This document shows, in pieces, positions 38,081 to 49,111 of a DNA stretch of 64,000 nucleotides; position 1 is the stretch's first letter, and the number at the start of each line of letters is the position of its first letter. Position numbers and translations under genes: made by a program. Under the pieces are notes generated by a model. That model did not search any database. It was not told the DNA's origin and was given only the letters and a program-made list of their open reading frames with translations. The DNA lies in the NCBI GenBank assembly GCA_002269645.1, contig NIVC01003729.1:16216-80215 (forward strand). Reading direction: 5' to 3'. The DNA is from Macrostomum lignano. Taxonomy: Eukaryota.

Positions 38081-39174
38081 GGTGTCTGCTGCGGTCTGCT
38101 GCTAGTAGCAGAAAAGGATTGCTTATGTAGTGATCCGCTAGTTGGTGTTAGGCGTCGCACTTAGTCAGTCTGCCGCTGGTCAGCTTCCCGCTCCCTCTGG
38201 TCTGCCTGTTTGCTGTTCCCTTTTTTTCTTTTTTCTGCCTCCCTCTTTCCGTTTTCTGCGCTCTCGTTTGCTCCTGTCCTGTGGTCGCTGGTGGCCTGTT
38301 TCCCTTGTCATCATGCGAGCAGTCACATGACAAGTCTTGCCTCCTCGTAGTCTTCAAAGTGCAGTAAACATGTTTACTGTTGGTCCCTGTTTATGTGAGA
38401 GTCACGTGCCTAAGGCTCTTCCCTTCTCTAAGGAAAGGAGTGACTCATGTTTCTAAAAATAGACACTGCGTCACAGTATAGTGCACTCTGCCCGGAGACC
38501 CCAAGTGACGTCAGTTCTAAAAATAGAACAAAGTCACGAGGTCTTGTGCGTTGGGGCAGTGGAGAATCCAGCGCTATGAATATTGGACCCCCCCTTCACC
38601 CTTGTTTCTGTCAGGGATTGATTCATCATTCCAGTTGTTCATCGTTCTCTATGATTCTCTGTTTGAGTGTACGTTCAATTCACTGCTATTGGTCTGAGAC
38701 CCATCTGATGCCAACCCCAAAAGCACGATCTACTGACGAGACGCATTGTTCGTAAGCTGCAAATCTGCACATTGTGCTGTGTTCGCTCGACTTGTTTCTT
38801 TCGTCCCGACAGAAGCTCACCTCACCTAAGGCGGAGACGAGACCAGACGGACTGGTGGCAGCACTACCGACGCTACTAAAGAGTTACTAAGAAGGCTTCC
38901 GCAGGAAGAGGCTCGAGACTTAGAATTGCCACTCGTAAAGCTTCAGTGCCTAAATCGGGAAGCTAAAGCTCTCTACTTCACTTATTAATAGGCGGGGGTG
39001 CTTTTGGGAGTGCAATGGTCTGATGAGGATCTACTGCTAGAAGCAGAAAAGGAGGGCTTCTGGTCACGGTCTGCTTCTAGCAGTACTACAGAATGCTTCT
39101 GGTAGCCCAGGATTACTCTGAATCTGCCCCTGAACCTGAAGAGCGATTCGCTCAGCTAGGGGAAGAAGACTGCC
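38081..39174. other. 1.1-kb intronic segment present in copy A and absent from copy B
   Basis: The introns align at both ends (copy A 1231 bp, copy B 136 bp). The extra segment is bounded by TTGCT direct repeats at 38076-38080 and 39175-39179. Confidence 0.75.
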
Positions 39175-39291
39175 TTGCTTTTGGAAGTGCAATGGTTTGC
39201 TGAGGATCTACTACTAGGAGCAGAAAAGGAAGGCTTCTGCCTAGGGTCTGCGTCTGGCAGTAACAAAGAATGGTTCCCCTTCTCAGCTTAC

Positions 39292-41354
39292 CTTGCAGGC
39301 CTCGATGAGCTCAATGATGATGGCTTTGACCAGGTCGTGTCCCGAGCTGAACTCCTGGTACGGAGGCATCCTGCAGAAGATCTTCTCAGCCGCAGCCTCA
39401 TGCCTGGCCTCATCAATGTCGTCCAGGACGCCGTCCAGCTGCTGAGGCCGAGACGGCAGTCCGAGGCTCTCGCTCAGGGCGCGGATCCTGGCTCGGAGGT
39501 CCTTCACGCAGGCGGCCTTCAGAGCGTGGAAGCCCCGAGAGTCGCAGTCCCGACAGAAAAAGTCCAGCTGCTCGTTCACCAGGTACACGTGGTACAGCTC
39601 GTCATTGATGCCAGCGCAGGTGGCGTGCACCACATTCTTGCAGTCTGGGGTGGAGCACGCCAATGAATTGCCAATCAGAGAGGTGACCCGATGGCACTCG
39701 TGGCAAGTCACCTCCGTGCTCTCGCAGTGCTGGCACAAGTTGTCCCAGTCTGACCAGTCATCGCTGAATACTTTGCCGCAGTGCTTACAGGCTGCACAGT
39801 CGCAGCACAGCTGCCAGTCCTTCACGCTGTACCCTCGACTCTCTTCAAGACAGTCTGGATGGTAGGCAGCCCCGCACTTGATGCAGCTGCGACACGCTGT
39901 CCCAGACCGCTTGCACACTCGGCACACAAGGCAACGGGCGCATCGCCAAGGTGTCAGGCCGGACCACAGAGGCCGCTCGCATACAGACAGGCAGTACAGG
40001 TGAAACTGCTCAGTACAGCAGCTGCATCTCAGCATCAGATCCTGCTCTGCACCACCGCTACCGCACAATAAGCACTGCGGCTGGCTTATATCGGGCACAG
40101 ATCCCTTCCGACCGAATACGGCTACTCCATCACGCCAAGCCTCTTCTCTGTTCGACATCTCCTGCGGCACATCCACTGCCACGGATCCCGTGTCTCCAGT
40201 CACTGCCTGCACGCACTGCCGCAGTTGGCCCCGACTCACCGAGTCATACAGAGAGCCCATTCGCTGAGCTGCTTCAACTGATGGCCTCTTTATCTTTACA
40301 GCTTTCTTGCCACCTGATTCAGCAGAATCAGCCTGAGGCTTTGGTCGCTCTCCGTAGCGACTCACCCAGCTGGGAAAGCCCTTAGCAACTGAGTAGACAG
40401 ACAGATCGATGCCCGATTTGAGCACAGCAACAGCCCTGCACTTGGCACAGCCTCCGCAGTCGCACTCCAAATCGCTCTGCTGACTGGCTGAGCGAAGACT
40501 AGCAGTGAAGGCCGTGTAGCAGGTCTTGCAGATGTCAATCTTGCCCTGCAGCGAGATCAGCAGAGCTGCGCATCCACACACGCTGCAGTAAATCGATCCG
40601 CCCTCTGCCTCCTCAACACTCGAGTCCGCAATCTTCATCTTTGCCTTTCGCTTCGGCTCTGCCACCGCTGCAGTCTCCAGCTTCCCTGCCGCCTCATCAC
40701 CCGCCAGCTGCTCTTCCTTCACTGCCGCCGCCTCAGGCAGAGCGTCGCTCTTCCGCTTTCGCCGTCGCTGCTTTTTCTCTGCTGATGAGGCGCCGCCACT
40801 GCCGGCTGCTCCCTCGCTGGTCGATCGGCGCTTCTGTTTGCCCGCCTTCTTCTTTTGCTGCCGTGACGCCTCCTCCGCCATCACCGGCTGCTGCTGCTGC
40901 TGCGGCTGCTTTCGACGCTCCCCGCCGCTCTCCTCTTCGTCGATGAATCGGCGCGGCTTCTTCGACCTCCGCCTGCCGTCATCAGCTGGTGCCGTCTCGT
41001 CCGCTGCTTCAGAGGCCGCCGCTGCTGGTTCCGCCTTCACAGCCGCTGCCTCATCGCCTGCTGACTCTGCCACCGAATCTTCGGCTGCTGACTCTGCCGC
41101 CTCGGCCTTCTCCGGCTTGACGACCTCCGCGCACTCCTGGCCGCTCCGCTTCGCTGCGCTGTACACAACCACGCCGCACAGGGCTGCCATGTGCTTCTCT
41201 TCCAGGCGCTTCAGTCGCTCCGCCTTTGTGCCTCGCTTGTAAGTCGCATAGCGCTGGCCAGACTTCACCGACTCCTGCAGCACCCGCAGGCTCATGCTCT
41301 GGTGCAGGCGGGCAGTTCTCTTCTCGTTAATCTCCTCTTGTAGCCATGGCATGG
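39292..41354 (-). CDS. trx: trx copy A large exon: basic/acidic low-complexity region, nuclear-receptor-like C4 zinc finger, PHD1-3, bromodomain-like remnant
   Basis: PHD1 CLLCGSGG...CCTEQFHLYCL and PHD3 VHATCAGINDELY match the MLL1/Trx PHD patterns. Acceptor TACCTGCAG| at 41355, donor AAG|GTAAGC at 39291. Confidence 0.93.
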
Positions 41355-41582
41355 CTGCAGGTAATATTAAGTCCTCGAATATTATTCAGAAGCATTAATT
41401 AAAGGTTTGACTTACAAGACGGTTATACTGATACAAGTTCAAACATAAATTCCATGTCTTTAAAGAGTTTATTGGCATACAGTCTTTATAAAAATAGCAG
41501 TTTTGAAAACTAAAAGCATTCCCTGATTATACACGCGCAACACCTGGCTGACCCAGCCAAGATCAGTTGCAAAAGTGCCTAC

Positions 41583-41595
41583 CCGAAGAAGACAT
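41583..41595 (-). CDS. trx: Possible micro first exon of trx copy A (ATG TCT TCT TCG G)
   Basis: ATG followed by donor |GTAGGC in phase 1, compatible with the acceptor at 41355 (MSSSAMPWLQ...). It is short and could be chance; Met 41352 is the alternative start. Confidence 0.35.
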
Positions 41596-44304
41596 AGTAC
41601 TAATTAGATGACGAAGCATTTATCCTTAATAAGACAGTCATAGTTACTCCTGTTATTAACCCAAAAGTGCATAAAATTTGCTTTAGGATTTCTTTCACAC
41701 GTAAGCTGCATTTTTGGTCAAAAAGGAAGTTGGATAGCCAGTGTAAATCAGGTGGGTTGCACATTTATGCCCCTTATTGATGAAAAGACAGTTGATATTG
41801 CATTTGGGGTACTCATGCAAATAAAAAATGTTTCAACTTATTGTATTTCTATTGAAGCTCAATTTGCAATAGGTAAATATAATGACTATTCAATTGTGTT
41901 ACTATGATTATTTTAGTTACTTCTTTTACTAAGAAGTAGATAATTTTGCAAGCTGGCTTATTCTGTGTAAAGTGAATATCATTAATAGCCTAAAGGCCTG
42001 TAAGATCTATCATGGGCACTATCTACTTCTATCATACACTTCATGGTAATGGTATATATAACCCTGTATCTGAATAATAAGAATGCAAAAGAAATGAAAG
42101 TTTTTTTTCCTTATACTCAACTTTTTTATGAATTTTGAATGTATCAAATTTTTTTCTTCAATTATTTTAGCATTTTTCTAAAATTGAAAACCTCAAATAG
42201 CACTTTTAAAACTTTTATATGCATATGCTTGTATAGAAGCAAAATCATTATATTGCCAAATTCATATATTTGTTTACATGAGAAGCTGAAAAAGTTCAAA
42301 TTACTCATAAAAGATAGGCCTATACTTTTTATTCTTTACAATCAACCAAATTCAATGAAGGAAACAATTATAGAGATAACTAGGAAAATGCTACAACTGC
42401 TGAAGCAGTTAGCTATCAAAAGAAAAAGAATTCTTAAGAGCAAGGCTACAAACAAAAGACAATAGAAAAATAAATCATCAATTCATAATCAGACTCAGAG
42501 GCAAAATCTAAATTAGAACAGCTTAATTGGTTAAACAAAATTTGTAAAGAAGGCCATTTTGAGCATGGAAATGATTTAAAACTAAGAGCAGAAATAGATA
42601 GAAATCAGAGGGCACACATCCTATGCTGCCAGCTGCCCTGGGGCCTGTTGCACCTCCCTATCTCGAATCTGCTACTGCATGATAATTTAATGTTTTGCCA
42701 CGCTTAAGCCTAAAGGCAAGGCCCAATCACCCTGTCATCAAACGAGCCATCAAATCACACGACCAATGTAACACAAAAGGACAAAATTTGATGTAAATGT
42801 TGATCACAAAATTGGTCTAAGTCTAATGATTTGCACACCACTCCCCGCTTAAAAAATTGAAGCCGATTCCTGGTTAAATTCCAAGTTAAACTGTGAATAT
42901 TCAAGGTTTATCTAGGAATGAGAGTAAAGATCGCTTCCAAGTTAAACTGGCGTTTGAATTCATTGCACTTTAACAAAGCACGATCAAAAAAGTTGAAAAA
43001 ATGGCTGTTAAACTTAGCTAACTGTAAATTAATTTCAAAGTTTGAAGTTAAAATATTAGGCTGAACTTCTGTACACACATAAATGAAACGCAGCATAAAA
43101 AAGTAATAGATTTGAATGTTATCGCGCGCTGCATGCTCAGTCTATAATTTTTATTTTACAAGCGCGAGCATTCACTTGTACATAAATGAACTATCGAATT
43201 ATCGCGCGAAATCTTTTGGGACATAACTTTCAGACCATAATCTATAAGATTTTACTACAGCCGCATCTGGGGCATGAGTTTAAAATTTTGATGCGACTGA
43301 GACGCGGCTAGCAACATGGAAGTGCGCATTCTCAGTTTTTGCCTCAATCTCGAAATTAGCTTTCTTTTCATTTCTACTATTTAAAGGGTATTAATAACCA
43401 AAAAAATTAAAGATCTAAGCGATAGGTGTGCAACTATACTACTAATTACTGTTTAGTCCTTGGCTTGTGTGTCTTGCTATTTATAAAGAATAGATATTTT
43501 TATTTAATACATCTTTTAAATTCTATCTTGAAACTTTCATAGTAAAAGACACATTGAACACGAATTATGTTTGATAGTTATACTAATATATATATTAGCA
43601 AAATTTTAATTGCATTATTCTAATAAAAAATAAAGTTAGAAAAATCTGTAAAGAAGCATTACTTTTTGTTTCTCTATCCTCAATTTTAGCAGCCAAAACA
43701 TGTAGTTTTTAAATGTAAGAACTATCTCAGCTTTTAGGTAGCTTCATTTTAAAGCGATACTTTTTGTACATATTTGAAATAAACAACTAAAATGGTTCAC
43801 AGTTTTATAGTCACTCAAAATCCTGCTTATCAATGAAAATTCTTTTTAAGGCATCTAGAATTCAGTATTAAATCATTATAAATCAATAAATAACTTTAAA
43901 TCATTAAATCACAAAATTAACCTGTTTGCATGTACTTGCATTTGCAGTTTGAGCTCCCATCATTTGATTTTTATCATCAGTAGTATTTTGTCCTTGTTAT
44001 TTTTTCATAATTTTTTTTAATTGTGATTATTGACTTCTAGCTTTATCATGTCAGATAAAAAGCAATGTATAAGCTGTTGGGCATGTAGAAGCCGTCAAAA
44101 GCGAGCATAATTTTCTTGAATAAAATAGGTATATTTGCCTGGAATAAGTAGAAAGTTTAAGAAGTACTAACTGTAAAGTTGTAAAACTGCCAAAGTTGGT
44201 AGAAGAAACACAAAAGTTAATAAAAAATGTGCTTCACAAAAATAGTGCAGTACCATCGAAAAATATGACTAATTTTATTTTCACTGTCCTTGCAGTTATT
44301 TCAG

Positions 44305-45485
44305 GTTGCACATGGAGCACGAATTAAACAAATGGTTTGTAGTTCGCTTTGCTCAGAATGCGATGCAAGCCGTCAATGAACAGGACTTGTGCGTCATTAC
44401 TGCAGCGAGCAAAGAATTAGAGGCTCCTCTACGTCTATGCTACGGGAGGAAAGTATGGTACATGTAGACGGACGCTCCTCGAGCAGTTTACAACCCGGAA
44501 TTCTGATGGTCCCTGCTTTGCCTACCTTTGCGCTGATCAGGAACTGCCTCCCAATCATGGGAATAGAGACGGTGAGAATTATGATATGCTGGACAGCGCC
44601 TGGCACTTATTTGTTACAGTAGGCGGCTAGCTTGCAAAACTATAGATTAGAAAATGTGGTATTAGCTGTACAGTATTTGTGTTATGTTTTGCTTTATGAA
44701 TTTCCCTAACTTTTTAGGGGCGCCGACAATCGGCAACCGTGCGACTGAAGCAGATGGACAAAAAGCTCGATAAGTTGATCGAATTGTGCAGCGGCCAGAG
44801 TCACGGTGGTAGGACGGTTGGACAGGCTACACAAGAAAACACGCCTGAGGCTGAACCACAGGATAGGTTGATGGAGGAGCAAAATGGCATCGCGACTGGA
44901 CAGGACGGCGATGAGGCGGCATGTACATGTAATCTGGATGATGAGCTCCCGGCTGTAACAATAAACAAACAGCGACTTAACATCGCCATTCAGGCTATAA
45001 TGCTGCGATCGATGCTACGGCAGCCACCAAGCTTTGTTACTAAGGAGCTGCTAATCGAACTAATAGGTATGGAGGCTTTTCAAACTTAATTAACAATGTC
45101 TGTCACTTCCTTGCAAATATAAAGAAATGATTATCATAATTTGAAGTTTTAGGTTTTGCAATTGTATAATAATAAAAGCGCACTAAAGGTTTGCCATTTA
45201 TAAAAGTTAAACTTCAACGGCACATTTATATTTGCTGTTCATTATCATATTTCAGGTCGTGATGCTCTTACATGCGACTCCGGCTCCTATATGCAAGGAC
45301 TACTTAAGTAGAAGGACGGAAGACTCAGAATTGGTGAAAATTTCATTGGAGGCCGATTTTTCAATGTATCTCCTGTGTACGCTATTGATCGACAATCCTC
45401 CGCCAGTACTACTGAGGCCCAGCTTGAAATGGCGAAGACGCTAGCTGTCCGCGGCGACTTACTCGACGAGCTGCTCGCCCCCTAG
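44305..45485 (+). pseudogene. Degenerate spliced coding remnant of unknown function (coiled coil plus helical domain)
   Basis: GC-richer islands bounded by TTTCAG|, |GTGAGA, TTTTAG|, |GTATGG and TTTCAG|. They translate as MEHELNKWFVVRF..., LKQMDKKLDKLIEL... and FVTKELLIELIG|RDALT..., with internal stops and frame inconsistencies. Confidence 0.35.
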
Positions 45486-46747
45486 AAGCTAAGTGTGTCA
45501 GCTAACTGCATTCATTTGCAAAAAAATCTTATAACATAAAAAAATTTGGATATAAATGCGATTCCCAAAAACACACTGCTTTTCTGTTTCTTATTTTCTT
45601 CAGTTTCTACTTATAGACATATTGTGAATACATTCACGCATTCGCTCTTTCCCACGCGCATCTCCAACTGATCACTGTTCATTTTTCTTGCATTATGGTT
45701 AAAATTAAATAAAGAAATAATCGAGATTGGAGACCGTGTAAAAATTAAGAAAAAATTATACGTTTTTGTCATTAAACAGACTCGTATCCGTGATAAGAGT
45801 TATGTACTTTTGTTAAATTTAATAGTGTGAGAGCTAGCGTTGCTACGGCGAGCAAAAAACGGCTGAGATTTGGCGTCAGGGCTTCTAAATATGAAATTCC
45901 ACATTTACTACTACTGCAAAAAACTTTGCGCACTACTAACCGCAGTAGATAAATTCGGACATAACTCCTAAATTTCCGCGACGCTCATTAAATTAAACAA
46001 TTCTTCCGTCTTCCTACTTTTACTAGGAATTTCTTCCGACTTACCTGATTGGCTGGCTAACATGGAAGAATATAGTGATTTTAAACCATGAATATGGCTT
46101 TTATTTTCTATGCGGGTCGACTCAAGCTTTTGGTGGCAACCGTGAATGAAATTCTTATGATCGAATAAATAAATTAGCAAAAATACAGAATATTAACTAA
46201 CGTCTTTTATATATTTTTGCTTAAAATTTAACAGCTTTTACTGTTTAGACTATGCCTAGCTAACTAAGCTTCTAACAGTTAACTTTTGTTTAAAACATTT
46301 TGTATTTGTGTACCTGTTCAAAAAGATTTTTTTTTATTTAAATTTTAGCTACTTGCGCGCGACAGTCTTTTTCTTAAGGTCTGCCATTATAAATAGAGGG
46401 CCTAGTGCTATAAATAGGCAGTGCTTGTCCCATGGTCCTCTGCCAATAACAAAAATATGCACATGGCGCTATGTCAATAATGTGGCTCAGACAAAAATTA
46501 TCATATTCCAAATTAATTGTCCTGTGTTTAACTGAAATAAAGACAAGACATAGACTAATTTAACTAAATTGACATATTTAAATAATTGGCTCCACCCTCC
46601 ACTGTAGAAGATAAATTTTCTAAGTGGTAAGGTCTAGACTAAAGGCTCAAAAACAATATATGCTTCGTTAAAATAGTCGTATATGACTTTCAAGACTTTG
46701 TAGTATAATGACTAGGCCTAATCATTAGGCTAATGTATATAATAAAT

Positions 46748-47149
46748 AAAGGTCGGATGGGATCCAAATCCTGTTGCCGAAATCTCGGGATCCCGAGGAA
46801 AATTTAATTCCTGCGGGACCAGAATCCCGACCCTAAAAAACTTGAGATTCAGGAGCAGGTCTTTTGATTAAAAATTCATAGAATTAGGCCTAGTGATTAC
46901 TTGAGGGTATTTTGCTTTAACTTATACTTGTTATATTATTTAATTTGTTGGTTACAAAACTTCATATCAATTTCATTGTGTTTTACTTCTTGATCTTGAC
47001 AATCTTTTCTCAATTTTTTTTAACTTTATATCAATACACTACACTACACTAAAAGACCTAATCCCGATTCTCAAATCCCGATCCCAATCCCGAGAAAAAA
47101 TATTTCCCCATCCTGATCCTGCCCTAAGATTTCAATCCCGTCCAACCTC
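46748..47149. mobile_element. MITE, hAT-like
   Basis: Imperfect TIRs (AAGGTCGGATGGGATCCAAATC / GATTTCAATCCCGTCCAACCTC), subterminal ATCCCG repeats and an 8-bp flanking repeat TAATAATA (46740-46747, 47150-47157). Confidence 0.7.
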
Positions 47150-49111
47150 TAATAATAAAGGTAAGAGCAGTGTTGCTACAGCTAAATGCTCAAAATTTGA
47201 ATTTTCTGCACAAGTGTGCAAATAGGACCTAATGTGCAAGACCCAAAGACCCTAAATTTCTATGCAAATTAGACTTTTTTGGATTGTTGACAATCTAACA
47301 GTAGCAAAATGTTCAATTTCCACTTCAAATAATGATACATTGATATTTCACTTGTTAGTTATGGCTACTCTTTGTTTGCACTTAAAATTAAACACACTAT
47401 TTTTATACTATTTTTTTATTTTTAAGCATTAAGCATTTGATTTATCATTTTATTCATTTAGCCTAGAAAAGAATTTTTTGGGATTTGAAAGTTTTGAAAG
47501 TTGTGACTAAGAAAAATTTATGACAAAAAAAATTAGACTGAATTTCTTCATTTGTTTCTTTCATTTTACTAACAATAATTAGCTTACATTTCTACCTGCA
47601 CCATTTTTTTGCCTTGCGCAAAAAATGATTTTGTTGTAAATGGCAGTACTAATGAGTAGGTCTAAGTGAGTGTTGAGACTAAGACTGCAACTACAACTAC
47701 AAAGCCTTAACTGAGATGGCTGCTCTGAGTAGATTGATATTTGATAGGTCTACAATATTACAAATTTATAATATAACATATAAGTATTAATTAGGCATAT
47801 TAAGTTTCAATTGACATTATATATGTATAGGCTACTATATATGCCTAGGGCTATTATGGCCTATATAGGGTTAGGCCTAGCTAATAGGCCTAGCTAATTA
47901 TATAAAGGCACAATAAAAGGTTGCATCTAAAAAGATATAGGAGTATGAAACCATATTTTTTAATGCACCATATTCTTTTTAGTTTTTTAAGTAGCAATCC
48001 TACTAGGCTACTATTCCTAGTAGTACTAGGAAAGCAACATGTAGTTTAATATAAGATAATTGCAATACTAGAAAAAATATAATTTTTTATTTTAAAAATG
48101 CTGATAAATGAACAAGTGTCAATGAGTAGATAAGATAAAAGATGTTAATATTTGATAAATAGAACATAGAGTGAATAAAATGTATTTTCAAAGTTTGAAT
48201 TTTATATATACATAAACCAAAGGCAACAAGATAAAAATTGTTGAAATAAAATGTTTTTATCATTGATATTAATAACCTTAGAATTATTTTGGTGGCACTC
48301 TGCAAACTGGTAGACTAGTTAAAGCTATGATCTAATGTAGATCCTTTTTACTTTGCCAAATGAACCTATGAAAAAGAGGCATTTTTGAAAATTAGACTTG
48401 CATCTTTGTTGGCATTGTTATCTATATTCAAATATAAAGTTAAAGAAATTGTGAAAATTATCTAGGCCTATTTGGATTTCTTTGAGTTTGCAATTGACCA
48501 TAGGCCCTACATTAGATAAGACTTGTAAGTCATTAAAAGTCCTTTGATTTTCAGGTCTTTAAAATTGAAAGCCCTCATGTATTTTCAAAAAGAATAGAAT
48601 ATATTTAAATGAGTTAAAATTCTTTAAAATACATTTTAAATTTTTGAAGTTTACATTATAAGTGAATTTATTCACTCACAAAAACTAATTAATTCATTTA
48701 TTAATGTTCTTTGTCCACTCACTGATATCATCAGTAAGTGGGCATTTTGTGCTTTTTTTAATAATATGATGCCTTTCACAAAAATAATTTCAATCAGGCT
48801 CCTATAGTAAAACATTTCATTTTAAAAGAAAGACTTCTATTTTTGGTACAAGAAAAAGGCCCTCCACACATATAAAGGACAAAGTTTAGACAAAGTACAA
48901 AACTTATAGTTTCACTATTTGTGTTTTTATTAAAAGTATTAAATATTTATCAAGTAATGTGTAAAAAGATCTAGCCAAAACAGTTTGATTTTCCATAAGC
49001 ACTGCAGTGAATGTATATTAGAACTATAAATATCAAACAATCAAAAAAGTGAGAATGTATTTTTTCATTTGAAACTACCCCCGTGCCTCACTGCCTCCTA
49101 ATTCCAGTCCA

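Noticed and set aside
37029-41242. Many antisense or off-frame ORFs over the trx exons (and their mirrors at 49487-54817)
   Set aside because: Shadows of GC-rich coding sequence with no domain signatures.
42601-42690. Cys-rich stretch CPGACCTSLSRICYC as a second knottin
   Set aside because: It has only five Cys with non-ICK spacing, a stop just upstream, and no signal-peptide exon found.
46700-48520. Recurrent TAGGCCTA palindromes in the AT-rich spacer
   Set aside because: Irregular spacing and no shared flanks; nothing supportable beyond a compositional quirk.
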